Assembly: GCA_043797205.1 (NCBI GenBank)
Contig: JAZDQB010000013.1
Coordinates: 12,979-76,978 of the forward strand
DNA from: Candidatus Woesearchaeota archaeon
GTDB taxonomy: Archaea > Nanobdellota > Nanobdellia > Woesearchaeales > GW2011-AR9
Direction: 5' to 3'
DNA: 64,000 nt
Part shown: positions 1 to 9,051 of the stretch, piece by piece
How positions within the stretch are numbered: position 1 is the stretch's first letter
How the letters are laid out: the number at the start of each line of letters is the position of its first letter
Made by a program: the position numbers and the translations under genes
The notes under the pieces: generated by a model
What the model was told of the DNA's origin: nothing
Seen by the model: the letters and a program-made list of their open reading frames with translations, nothing else
Databases searched by the model: none

Positions 1-966
1 TTGCACTAGGCGGTTTAATGACTTGATATCTCCGACATGTAATCTATATGATTGTTTGTGATTAACCCCTTTAGTGTTTTTTTCTTTCTCGGAGTAAATC
101 GAGGAGACTATATCCATTCTCATTAGTATAATTTTTAATTGTTCTGTCAGAAGCGGAGATATCGTAACATAACTTGCTCGCGGATATTCTCTGGTTAAGT
201 TAATATATCCATCCCCCTTCCACATCCCTCTAATTAACTCTTCTTGTTTATCAATTGGTAAATATAGGAAGAATTCGGGCATATGCTTCTCTTTAGCTCC
301 TTCTCCGAATAATTCTTTAAATAGTGATGATAAGTGGACACTATAACATTTAACAACACAACAATTATTTTTCTTTCTCTCTTCAATTATTGCTTCAAGA
401 TTAAAATGTTTTTTAAGTAATCGAACTGTATCTTCAACAAAGTTTCTCTCTTTAATTGAGAACGTGAAAGTAACCTCGTTTGATCTTGAAAGATTCTTCC
501 TAGTGCTTCCTTCCGCAATAAAGTATCCAAATAACCTGAAAATATCTGGTTCAAGTTTGATCATAATTGGAATATCCTTACTTTTAAAATCCCACTTTTT
601 TTTAACGATCTTTAAGTTCAATTCTTTTACATCCTTAGTTGCAGTAAGCTTAGGATAAACCAAAAAATCATTCTTCCTTAAAGTTGAAGCAGGGTTCCAT
701 TCAGGAGCGAGATTAACTCTATTTTTGGTGTAATCATATTTGTGTCCTTTAGGGCGTCTGATCGAAAATATGAGGTGATCAGGGGTAAGACTCAATTCTC
801 CTAATTTGCTTTTTATTCTAATAATCTCCCCTGAGAAATTACGTGATTTTGTTTTTAATATCTTGTTAAACATACCTGCATAACCTAGTACATAATCTCC
901 TTTTTTTAAGTGATTTACATCTACTGGTCCTTCATTACTGATTATCTTTTGATTAGGGACAAGACA
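1..966 (-). mobile_element. Intein with LAGLIDADG homing-endonuclease domain inserted in iscU (partial; C-terminal splicing block is outside the window)
   Basis: Starts at Cys codon 964-966 (CLVPNQKIISNEG). Block-B-like LTPDHLIF. Two LAGLIDADG motifs, LFGYFIAEGS and IRGMWKGDGYI. At least 322 aa are visible. Confidence 0.75.
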
Positions 967-1188
967 TGCCGGGCTTCCCACTTGTCCGATTCCGTCAGCA
1001 GTTCTTTCATACTCCTGCGCTTCTTTCTCAGTATAAAATATATTTCTAGGATGAAAGAAATGATCTTTAACTGTATCGGTGTATAACCATTGTTCTCCGC
1101 GATGTCCAGTAACATCTACGGCTAAATTTTTCTTCTTGGTTTTAGTAATTATCTTTTTATTATTTTTGAAAGCCGTTGTTTTTTCCAT
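1..1188 (-). CDS. iscU: IscU/NifU-type Fe-S scaffold protein, N-terminal part, interrupted by an intein; 3' end lies beyond the window start
   Basis: Own minus-strand translation: ATG at 1188 (2 nt after the iscS stop), frame open to position 1 (396 codons; not in the ORF track because no stop lies in the window). The N-terminus reads ...VKDHFFHPRN...GIGQVGSPA, followed by Cys where IscU has CGD. Confidence 0.8.
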   Translation of the reverse strand, partial: MEKTTAFKNNKKIITKTKKKNLAVDVTGHRGEQWLYTDTVKDHFFHPRNIFYTEKEAQEYERTADGIGQVGSPACLVPNQKIISNEGPVDVNHLKKGDYVLGYAGMFNKILKTKSRNFSGEIIRIKSKLGELSLTPDHLIFSIRRPKGHKYDYTKNRVNLAPEWNPASTLRKNDFLVYPKLTATKDVKELNLKIVKKKWDFKSKDIPIMIKLEPDIFRLFGYFIAEGSTRKNLSRSNEVTFTFSIKERNFVEDTVRLLKKHFNLEAIIEERKKNNCCVVKCYSVHLSSLFKELFGEGAKEKHMPEFFLYLPIDKQEELIRGMWKGDGYINLTREYPRASYVTISPLLTEQLKIILMRMDIVSSIYSEKEKNTKGVNHKQSYRLHVGDIKSLNRLVQ

Positions 1189-1190
1189 TT

Positions 1191-2420
1191 TTATTTCCTT
1201 ATCTGGTTCATTCCCATCTTTACCGGAGAGATACGTCGTAATGATTCAATTATCCCGGGTAAAATCTTTAAGACCCGATCAATATCTTCCTTTTTGGTTT
1301 TCTTGCCCAGAGTAAAGCGCATACTTCCGTGCGCAGCATCATGATTCAACCCAATGGCTTTCAAGACGTGGCTGATTTCCAGCTGCTGTGAACTGCAGGC
1401 CGATCCGGTAGAAACATAAATTCCGTATTCATTCAAATATAATAAGATAGATTCTCCTTCTACGTCTAAAAACGATAGATTAGCATTGTTAGGCAAGCGA
1501 TCAATAGGATGTCCATTCAAAAAAGATTTGGGTATTTTTTGTAGCACTTCTTTAATCAGATAATCTCGTAACTGTGAAAGGCGTTTATTTTCTTTATGAC
1601 GTTCCTTTTGAGCCAATTCTAGGGCCAGAGTAATTCCAACAATTCCCGGAACATTCTCTGTACCGCTTCTGAATCCTTGCTCTTGTCCTCCTCCGTGCAG
1701 CAATGGTTCTAATTTAATGTCTGCTCTTTTGTAAAGTATGCCTACTCCTTTCGGTCCATAAATCTTGGAACCGTTAATGGTCATCAAATCTACATTCAAT
1801 TTATGTACATCCATTTCTAACACTCCAGCGGCTTGACAAGCATCGGTATGAAATAAAATATGATGTTTGAACGCTACTCTTCCAATCTCGGCAATGGGTT
1901 GAATGATGCCAATTTCATTATTGGCGTACATGATAGAAATTAAAATGGTGTCGGGACGGATAGCTTTCTCTACACTTTCGGGAGAAACGGTTCCGTACTC
2001 GTCTACATTTAGATAAGTAACTTGATAACCGATACTTTCTAAGTATTCACAAGTGCTTAACACCGCAGGATGTTCAATTTTAGAAGTGATGATATGCCCT
2101 TTTCTTTTCAGAAAAGCAATTCCTTTTAGAGCCAGATTGATACTTTCGGTTCCTCCTCCGGTAAAAATAATTTCATTAGGCAGACAGCAGAGTACGCGGG
2201 CGATTCGAGCACGAGCCTGCTCGATTACCGATTTAACTTGCAGTCCCGGTGTATGTAAACTGCTGGGATTAGCATAATAACGATCAAAGAAAGGCAGCAT
2301 CGTTTCCAACACTTCCGGCCGGACGTAAGTGGTGGCAGCATGATCTAGATAAATTCTTCTCTTGTTGGTTTTCTTTAAGTTTTGATTTATATTCTTAGGC
2401 AATTCTTTTTTATTTTTCAT
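1191..2420 (-). CDS. iscS: Cysteine desulfurase (class V aminotransferase, NifS/IscS)
   Basis: YLDHAATT, HTDACQAAG, PLP-Lys region INGSKIYGPKGVG, active-site GSACSS. The track ORF starts at 2465, but the ATG at 2420 (MKNKKEL) avoids overlap with the upstream gene. Confidence 0.9.
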   Translation of the reverse strand: MKNKKELPKNINQNLKKTNKRRIYLDHAATTYVRPEVLETMLPFFDRYYANPSSLHTPGLQVKSVIEQARARIARVLCCLPNEIIFTGGGTESINLALKGIAFLKRKGHIITSKIEHPAVLSTCEYLESIGYQVTYLNVDEYGTVSPESVEKAIRPDTILISIMYANNEIGIIQPIAEIGRVAFKHHILFHTDACQAAGVLEMDVHKLNVDLMTINGSKIYGPKGVGILYKRADIKLEPLLHGGGQEQGFRSGTENVPGIVGITLALELAQKERHKENKRLSQLRDYLIKEVLQKIPKSFLNGHPIDRLPNNANLSFLDVEGESILLYLNEYGIYVSTGSACSSQQLEISHVLKAIGLNHDAAHGSMRFTLGKKTKKEDIDRVLKILPGIIESLRRISPVKMGMNQIRK

Positions 2421-2439
2421 CTCTTCGCCTCTCTTTATT

Positions 2440-2820
2440 TTAGATATGATACCCACAATTGGCACAGGGCAATTGCTTCTTTTCTAAAGTAGATTTCTCT
2501 TTGTGCAATTTGCAGATAATCCCTTTATCTTTAACCATTTGGTTTAATCTGACAATCTCTGAATATAATTTGGTTCGATCTTGCAGGATGCTCTTTACGG
2601 ATAGGTTGATTTCTTTCTCCATCTCTCCGCAAAACAGTTCTGCTTTAGCTCTTTTCTCTTTTTTGTATTGAGAGATAGCTGCTTCGGTTAAGTGCATTAA
2701 TTTAGCTACTTCTTTTTGTGACCATCCTTTCTCCACTAGTTTTGCGGCTAATTGTTTTCTAAGGGCGGGAAGAACATACCACACTTCAATTTCTTGAGGA
2801 AAGATTAGTTTTTGGGTCAT
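2440..2820 (-). CDS. HTH transcriptional regulator with C-terminal Cys cluster; first gene of the isc operon
   Basis: HTH-like GWSQKEVAKLMHLTEAAISQYKK. C-terminal cysteines (LFCGE, IICKLH, PCANCG). Stop lies 20 nt before the iscS ATG. Confidence 0.6.
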   Translation of the reverse strand: MTQKLIFPQEIEVWYVLPALRKQLAAKLVEKGWSQKEVAKLMHLTEAAISQYKKEKRAKAELFCGEMEKEINLSVKSILQDRTKLYSEIVRLNQMVKDKGIICKLHKEKSTLEKKQLPCANCGYHI

Positions 2821-2858
2821 TTTGTTATTTGTTTAGCATTATCAAGTTAAGGTTACCT

Positions 2859-3041
2859 TTAGTTACCAGGGCAATCGGAACATCTTTGGACGGCTCGGAA
2901 AGCACCGCAGCAAGTAGATTTGTGCCAGCTATTAGTGGTTATACTATAATTACTACCGCTACAACTATTATTATTACTGCCATAACCTTGTACCTGCCAA
3001 TTGCTTCCATATCCAACAGTGTGACTTCCGTAATGTACCAT
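2859..3041 (-). CDS. Hypothetical small Gly/Ser/Asn/Tyr-rich peptide with C-terminal CC-x9-C-x2-C
   Basis: 60-aa ORF. TTTATAAATA lies about 27 nt upstream of the ATG on the minus strand. The overlapping plus-strand ORF 2829..3071 looks less protein-like. No homology recognised. Confidence 0.3.
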   Translation of the reverse strand: MVHYGSHTVGYGSNWQVQGYGSNNNSCSGSNYSITTNSWHKSTCCGAFRAVQRCSDCPGN

Positions 3042-3111
3042 ATATTATTAACTATTGTTAATTATTTATAAAGTTTGTGGAAGAAAACAATCTAATGTTT
3101 TATTAATATCA

Positions 3112-3657
3112 CTAAATCAGCTTCTTTAACTTTCCAAAATCTTCTTCCATCAATTTCTTGATCTGGGGAAATCTTCTAGCGGCAGAAGGATGGTAAGTTA
3201 CAAAGAAGCGGTACTGGCGGTCCATCAACAGCTTGCCATGGTAATCTTTAACCTTACCTTTTCCGATAAGACTATCTACGGCAGTCTGACCCAGCAGAAC
3301 TATAATTTCTGGTTTAATCGCTTCAATCTGTTTCTTCAGCCATAATTCTCGACAGGTGCAGATTTCTTTAGCAGTAGGCTTTCTATTGTTATCTGGATGA
3401 CATTTTATCGCTCCAGTAATGAACACTTCTTCTCTCTTAATTTTGTTCTTCTTCAGTATTTCGTCTAGAAACTTTCCGGAGATCCCGACAAAGGGCTGTC
3501 CGGTCTTATCTTCTTCTATTCCCGGAGCTTCTCCAATAAACATTAATTTAGCACTAACTGGACCTTCTCCCGGTACGGGCAGCATTCTTTTCTTCCAGAG
3601 CGGACAAGCAGTACATCTACGAATTCCTTCCGCTAGATCGTAAAGTGGCTCTTTCAT
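3112..3657 (-). CDS. udg: Uracil-DNA glycosylase, family 4
   Basis: CTACPL Cys motif, FIGEAPG, GAIKCHP, TYHPSAA. Confidence 0.9.
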   Translation of the reverse strand: MKEPLYDLAEGIRRCTACPLWKKRMLPVPGEGPVSAKLMFIGEAPGIEEDKTGQPFVGISGKFLDEILKKNKIKREEVFITGAIKCHPDNNRKPTAKEICTCRELWLKKQIEAIKPEIIVLLGQTAVDSLIGKGKVKDYHGKLLMDRQYRFFVTYHPSAARRFPQIKKLMEEDFGKLKKLI

Positions 3658-3658
3658 G

Positions 3659-3982
3659 TTATCTAAAACCTAATTTTCTTCTCTCTAAATCATAATATTT
3701 ATGCTTATCTAAAAATAAAGCGATAAAGTAGGAATTTTTTCTTTTGGTTAATATCCCACGAATGTTATTAACATTTGGTTTGAAGAAAAAAGCCAATAAC
3801 TCAAAATCTGCTGGTGATTGGTCCGGATTGAGTTCTCGATGGGCACATTTTCTAACCCACTCCAAAAGATGCTGCTGAAGATTATCACCCATATGTTCAA
3901 CAACTAGGTTAAAATGTCCTTCAAACTCTACCTGCTCCCCTAACTGTTCTCTTATTTTGGTTTTAATCTCTTCAGTCTGCAC
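3659..3982 (-). CDS. Hypothetical small protein translationally coupled to the upstream nucleotidyltransferase (possible toxin/HEPN-like partner)
   Basis: 11-nt overlap with 3972..4856. C-terminal YFIALFLDKHKYYD resembles small toxin-fold C-termini. No firm motif. Confidence 0.4.
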   Translation of the reverse strand: MQTEEIKTKIREQLGEQVEFEGHFNLVVEHMGDNLQQHLLEWVRKCAHRELNPDQSPADFELLAFFFKPNVNNIRGILTKRKNSYFIALFLDKHKYYDLERRKLGFR

Positions 3983-4856
3983 AATTCAGCACCTCCTGAA
4001 AGGTATTAATAATGGGATTATAATACTCCGGATGAGAGTATTCTTTAAGAATCTCTCGGTAAGATTTAATCATCTGCTGGCTGATTTTTTTTATCTCGGA
4101 ATTTGAGAATCCGGTGAGGAGAGTGTTAACAAAAAGTTTTTGGATTAATTTATCTTTGTTTTTATGTTCGAGGTAATGGTTCAGTAGGTCTTTTAATTGA
4201 ATTGGATCGAGAATTATTCTATTGCTGGCGTAATAACAATTAATAATAAAATCTCTTAAATCAATTTTCAACCAGCCCGGTTTATTTTCAGCCAGATCTT
4301 GCCTAATCTCTTGGTACTTAGAAATAATTTGGCTGGATGTAATTGTTTCTTTAACTGTTAAATAGTTTAAATCAAAGTTAGTCAGACAGATTTTTCTTAA
4401 GGAATTGATAAATAAAGAGTCCAGAGCTTTTGGTGGAAGGTAATTAAAGTGTATATTCTCTTTATGAAAATCGTCTTTATCGTATTTCTCAATTACAAAA
4501 GTATCAATATCATTATATTTTTCAGAATAAAGAAAACTACCGGAAATAATTATCCGCTTGTTCCTAAATCTTCGGGAGAACTCTTTTAGATACTTCTTAG
4601 CTAAAACCAATCTGTGAGGTAAAATTTTTTCTTGACCATAAATAAAATTGTCTTCTTTTCCTATAATTTTAGCTAGGACCTTTATCTTTTTTAAAACAGA
4701 GCGGGAAAATTCTACCTTCTCTGAAGCCGTTAATTCCTGCTGTTGCGCCTTCTTATTAATTAAATTAAATTGGTGCTCAGTAAATAAAACAGGAACAATT
4801 TCAGATTTAAGGTGCTGTAATCTAGTCCAATTCAGCTCGTTTTTTAATTTAACCAT
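3972..4856 (-). CDS. Nucleotidyltransferase-domain protein (minimal NTase fold)
   Basis: Motif IISGSFLYSEKYNDIDTFVI (GS-x9-DxD pattern). Confidence 0.6.
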   Translation of the reverse strand: MVKLKNELNWTRLQHLKSEIVPVLFTEHQFNLINKKAQQQELTASEKVEFSRSVLKKIKVLAKIIGKEDNFIYGQEKILPHRLVLAKKYLKEFSRRFRNKRIIISGSFLYSEKYNDIDTFVIEKYDKDDFHKENIHFNYLPPKALDSLFINSLRKICLTNFDLNYLTVKETITSSQIISKYQEIRQDLAENKPGWLKIDLRDFIINCYYASNRIILDPIQLKDLLNHYLEHKNKDKLIQKLFVNTLLTGFSNSEIKKISQQMIKSYREILKEYSHPEYYNPIINTFQEVLNCAD

Positions 4857-4898
4857 AATTATACATAAATGTATAACTTTATATTTAAACTTTTCGTT

Positions 4899-5147
4899 CT
4901 AATTCAAACTAGCCTGATCGAAAGCAATCTCTGCAAAAGCTCGCATTAAATCACGTTGATATGCTTTCCACTGCGGTTCTATTTCGATACATCGACTTAT
5001 GTCTCTAGAATAATTAATAGTATTCACTCTCATCGAATATGGTTCGCAGCTGATAAAGAAGTTTTCCAGAAACGTCCGGCATTCCGGCAGCTGCTGACAC
5101 CAATATTCTAGTTTGTTAGGGATAATTATAGTTCTGGAAGTAGCCAT
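4899..5147 (-). CDS. Hypothetical small Cys-containing protein
   Basis: The track ORF 4899..5204 overlaps archease. The ATG at 5147 (MATSRTIII) sits next to the archease stop (5149), giving 82 aa. Confidence 0.4.
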   Translation of the reverse strand: MATSRTIIIPNKLEYWCQQLPECRTFLENFFISCEPYSMRVNTINYSRDISRCIEIEPQWKAYQRDLMRAFAEIAFDQASLN

Positions 5148-5148
5148 C

Positions 5149-5586
5149 TTATATGTCCACCAGCACTTTGGCATACCAGCCTTTAAGGGTTTGCTTGACT
5201 TCAAACATATGCATGGTAATAGCTTTAATGTCTACTTTGGGTTCATGTCTTTTGACGTCTAATCTCTCTCCGTAAGCTCGACAGACCAGTTGATATTTAT
5301 CTTCTTCTTTTTTTCCTTCCTTAATCTCAATTTCAAACTTAGAAAACAGCAATTGCTTGGCATCTTTGTAATAGACCAAATCTCCCAGAAAATCGAACAA
5401 TAAGTAATCGATAGCTTTGTTCTTATGTTTGATTAAGACTTTTCGAAGCGGTTTAACCTTCTTCAACTCAATCATAGTTTCTTCTACCGCTAAAGCACAT
5501 TGATTGAACAGTTCCGGCAAATCTAACGCTTCTGCTACAAATAAGACGTCAGCAGTATGCTCAAGGTATTTGTAGTATGGTTTCAC
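5149..5586 (-). CDS. Archease
   Basis: N-terminal YLEHTADVLF signature and about 145 aa length. Confidence 0.85.
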   Translation of the reverse strand: MKPYYKYLEHTADVLFVAEALDLPELFNQCALAVEETMIELKKVKPLRKVLIKHKNKAIDYLLFDFLGDLVYYKDAKQLLFSKFEIEIKEGKKEEDKYQLVCRAYGERLDVKRHEPKVDIKAITMHMFEVKQTLKGWYAKVLVDI

Positions 5587-5681
5587 GGTTTTAAAGATAT
5601 TTCTGGGGGGTTTTAAATCTTTTGGAGTATAATGCCTCTAGAACAATAAAGTTAATAATGCCTTAATTATTTAAATATTTT

Positions 5682-6644
5682 ATGATCTCTCAAATCTCTG
5701 CAGAAATCAAGCAAGTTCTCTCTTCTTTTCCTTCCGAAGACCAGATTATCTTTAATAATAAGCAAATTAAGGTAGATAAAAGCAATTTCTTGGAAATAGC
5801 GAATAATTACTCCAATCAAACCATCGCGTTCATCGATGGAGGACAGGCAGAGATACTTTCTGCGGGTAATTTCTGCTTGAGTTTTATCAGAGTATTTGCA
5901 CAAATATTTAAAGAGAATAAAAAATTAGAATCAGAGAAAAGAGAATTCTACTTATTCACCAAAGCCAAATGGATTAATTATAATGGGAAAGAAGATTTGT
6001 TCTACGAAAGCAAGATTTTTACTGTCTGGGGTAATAGATTAATCCATGAAAACGACTTACTCCTCTCTTCTACTGATCAAACTATCAAAAGTGGAATAGA
6101 AAGAGCATCCATTTCTAAGATTAGTAACATCGCCAGAAGATTTGCCGAGCTTTCTTTAGCCGCAGAATTGCAACATAAAGTGGATTTTGTGGTTTTGGAT
6201 GGAACTTTAGAAAAAACTTTCACTAACGAAGAGAAATATTTATCAAAATTAAACGAAAAAGTGTCTGCTCTGGCCAAAACCTCTTCTCTTTTCACGGTGC
6301 AGGGGAATTCTCCCGTAATATTGTTGAATAAATTAAGTTCGGGAGGATGCTGGAAGTATCTAATTGATGGAACTTCTTATTTTGTGAAACTGAATGAACA
6401 TTCTAAATACGTCTTTCGTTTTGAAGGCAATCCAGAAGTACTCCCTAATCTAATCCAAAACTCTACTGATGCTCTATTCCTGGGTTATCCTTATGGTTTA
6501 ATCCTGACGGATAAGATGGCTCGCGTCTCTAATGAAGAAAAGAACAGCTTGAAGATGAACTTTTTATTAAAAGCAGAGAACAGAGCGATTGCCGAATATC
6601 TTTCTTCCAGTAATGCCCATGATATTTTGGATAGTTTAGGATAA
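5682..6644 (+). CDS. NurA-like nuclease domain protein
   Basis: IAFIDGGQAEI and DFVVLDGTLE resemble the NurA catalytic Asp motifs. No herA neighbour. Confidence 0.5.
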   Translation: MISQISAEIKQVLSSFPSEDQIIFNNKQIKVDKSNFLEIANNYSNQTIAFIDGGQAEILSAGNFCLSFIRVFAQIFKENKKLESEKREFYLFTKAKWINYNGKEDLFYESKIFTVWGNRLIHENDLLLSSTDQTIKSGIERASISKISNIARRFAELSLAAELQHKVDFVVLDGTLEKTFTNEEKYLSKLNEKVSALAKTSSLFTVQGNSPVILLNKLSSGGCWKYLIDGTSYFVKLNEHSKYVFRFEGNPEVLPNLIQNSTDALFLGYPYGLILTDKMARVSNEEKNSLKMNFLLKAENRAIAEYLSSSNAHDILDSLG

Positions 6645-6648
6645 AAAA

Positions 6649-7335
6649 CTAATGTACTTTAAATTGTATCTTTCTTTTCAGTTCAATATTATGAGACATA
6701 AATATAATATCAAAGTTTCCTTCGATGAACTTTTCCGGATGTAACGCTTTTATTGCACTAATCACTACTTTTTCAATTTTTTCTTTAAACGTTCTAAACT
6801 GTTCCATGGTGTGTAATCCCGTATCGTGTCCAGCATGAGTATAAGCAGAATTTACTAACTCCGTACAAAAGAACTTGTTTTTATCACTGGTAAAATCAAA
6901 ATCATAAGGTTTTCCAATCTGCTCTTCAGCATGCTTTATAGCTGCCATAATCTTCTTTTTTCGGAAGGGAACACTTTTTGGCAAACGCAGTATAATCATG
7001 GTATCATATTCGGTAAAAAGATGATGTAAAGTAGTGTATTGCACTCCGTCCGCAATAGCATGCACAAACTTTCTTCCCCCAATATAAATTAAAGCATGCG
7101 TTAATGGTCCGGTAATAAAAAGATGAGATAATTCTCTTAAATTACCGACTAATAAAATGTCCCCTTTTCGCAGCAACATTCTCGCCTTAAGGAGATCTTT
7201 ATGACTCAAAAGATTGCGGCGTTTATGTATTACTATTCCGGAAATGAAATACACTATATTCGCAAAAATCTTCTTATAAGTAGGATACCTTCTCGGGAAG
7301 TTGGTTATCAGGTGATATTTTGGAGAGAGCCACAT
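6649..7335 (-). CDS. Permuted papain-fold (YiiX/DUF830-like, NlpC/P60 superfamily) protein
   Basis: THALIYIGG...VHAIADGV...KPYDFDF...FFCTELV pattern, with His before Cys. Confidence 0.6.
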   Translation of the reverse strand: MWLSPKYHLITNFPRRYPTYKKIFANIVYFISGIVIHKRRNLLSHKDLLKARMLLRKGDILLVGNLRELSHLFITGPLTHALIYIGGRKFVHAIADGVQYTTLHHLFTEYDTMIILRLPKSVPFRKKKIMAAIKHAEEQIGKPYDFDFTSDKNKFFCTELVNSAYTHAGHDTGLHTMEQFRTFKEKIEKVVISAIKALHPEKFIEGNFDIIFMSHNIELKRKIQFKVH

Positions 7336-7384
7336 ACTCTTAGAATAGTATTTTTGGTATATATATGTTACGATTTAGATGAGT

Positions 7385-7495
7385 GTGTCCGGAATAGCAT
7401 TTTAGTGTATACTGGAGCACGGCGCCATAATTTTTTCTACGGAAAAAATGCGCCTCAATTGGCGCCAGTATACACTTTCACTCTTCTCCGGACAC
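7385..7495. other. 111-nt imperfect long hairpin (H1), possible ncRNA
   Basis: GTGTCCGGA/TCCGGACAC, GTGTATACTGG/CCAGTATACAC, GGCGCC copies, and an inner 8-bp hairpin AUUUUUUC[UACG]GAAAAAAU. Confidence 0.3.
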
Positions 7496-7507
7496 ATTAG
7501 GTTTAGA

Positions 7508-8191
7508 TTAATATCCATTAATCAAACGGGCATTGCCGACTAAGAAAGGCATGAGCTTCTTTTCGGCCGTACGCAGATGGTTTTGATAGGTGGATTTAGA
7601 CACTTTCATCATCCTGCTGAGTAGATCCAAATTAGCTCTGCGCGGGTAGTCATAGAAGCCGTTACTCTCCGCCAGAGAAATAGCGCGCATCTGTTTTTCG
7701 GTTAATCTGGTAGTAATATGGGGATAAAAAATGTCCGCTATTTTCTCTTGCTTAAGCTTTAACAATTCTCCTTGCATCTGCTCTTTAGTCATGTGAATGA
7801 ATTTCTGTAATCCCTTCTTGTCCCAGCTGCCGATTTCATATATTTCATGACCATCGGGAGTATTTACGTCTGGTTTTAAAAAGAATATTTTCGGATTGTA
7901 AAAATGAATTAAGTAACGATTTTTCTTTGGTTCTCTGACCAAAGTGAAAAACATTCCTCCTGCTTGCTCAAATTTAATGATGCGTTGGTCTTTACGCACT
8001 TCCGCCATAAAAGCTTTCTTCTGTTTTTCTTCTCCTCTAGGGATGTGCATGATATTAAAGTAAAGAAAATTCTTATCTTCGTAATAACCTAAGCCATAAA
8101 CTAGGTTAGTTAAGCCATATTTTTTAGTAAGCTGACTGGTGATGCAGTCTTTGTGTACTAAGCGGACTTTGGCTACCCACATAGTTATCAC
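7508..8191 (-). CDS. Transcriptional regulator with C-terminal HTH_10 (bacterio-opsin-activator-type) domain
   Basis: LTEKQMRAISLAESNGFYDYPRRANLDLLSRMMKVSKSTYQNHLRTAEKKL. Confidence 0.65.
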   Translation of the reverse strand: MITMWVAKVRLVHKDCITSQLTKKYGLTNLVYGLGYYEDKNFLYFNIMHIPRGEEKQKKAFMAEVRKDQRIIKFEQAGGMFFTLVREPKKNRYLIHFYNPKIFFLKPDVNTPDGHEIYEIGSWDKKGLQKFIHMTKEQMQGELLKLKQEKIADIFYPHITTRLTEKQMRAISLAESNGFYDYPRRANLDLLSRMMKVSKSTYQNHLRTAEKKLMPFLVGNARLINGY

Positions 8192-8223
8192 TAAGAAAAT
8201 GATGATAAGTATATAAGTTTTAT

Positions 8224-8235
8224 CGTACCGGTACG
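8224..8235. promoter_or_regulatory. Perfect 12-bp palindrome CGTACCGGTACG just upstream of the TATA-like TTATATAC of gene 7508..8191
   Basis: Read directly. An identical copy lies at 9052..9063. Confidence 0.45.
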
Positions 8236-8316
8236 GGTTTAGAAAACGTACAAATTCTTTGAACGTTTTCTAATAGTAAATGTACCAGCGTTTTGTTCCA
8301 AAACTGTGGTCATTTA

Positions 8317-9009
8317 CTATTTTTGGGCTAAATATTGGTAAAAAGGAGGATCTTCTTGAATTATATCTACTTTAAATCCTAATTTGCACAACAAATATAA
8401 TTCTTTTCCGATAGTGTGAAAATGGTCCACCTGGTCGGACTCTTTTTTCCAATCTTCAAAATTAAATCGTGGTTCAAGATTATTTTTAATCTGTTCCGAA
8501 TATTTCTGTTGTTCTGCTTCTGTTTCTCCTTTGACCATTTCCGTTTGGACGAAAATTCCACCTGGAGGTAAAGCTCTATAAATCTTTTCAAAAGCTTCTT
8601 CCCAATTTCCGTTAAGATGGTGTAAGGTTAGGGAAGAAGTGTATACTTGAGCCGAAAAAAATTCAAAGTCAGGAATATTTTCCCAATACCATTCGGTATG
8701 CTTAATCTCCGTCCTAAACCCAGCATACAATAAAGCTAGCCAATCGTTATCTATTCCTCTAATTACTTTTCTTATTGGATAATTAAACGGAAGAATTTTA
8801 TCCAATTCTGCTTCCAGGTTCCCCGTGCCGCAACCTAAGTCAACAATTTTAGGTTGTTCCAAAGTTTTGATATGTTCAATAACTGTTTTAGCTGCAGAAT
8901 TAAGAAAAAGTTTATATTGCGGAAATAAGGTAGAAATGTAATCGTTGTAATCTCCCGGCTCTATTTGCATGAACTGTTTTCGGAACACTAAAGGGAAATT
9001 CTTTTTCAC
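8317..9009 (-). CDS. SAM-dependent methyltransferase
   Basis: Motif I VDLGCGTGNL and post-I/III PPGGIFV. GTG start in the track; an internal Met is also possible. Confidence 0.8.
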   Translation of the reverse strand: MKKNFPLVFRKQFMQIEPGDYNDYISTLFPQYKLFLNSAAKTVIEHIKTLEQPKIVDLGCGTGNLEAELDKILPFNYPIRKVIRGIDNDWLALLYAGFRTEIKHTEWYWENIPDFEFFSAQVYTSSLTLHHLNGNWEEAFEKIYRALPPGGIFVQTEMVKGETEAEQQKYSEQIKNNLEPRFNFEDWKKESDQVDHFHTIGKELYLLCKLGFKVDIIQEDPPFYQYLAQK

Positions 9010-9051
9010 GTATAGAACGGCTCGTGTTGGAAGGGGACGTATCAGGAATAC

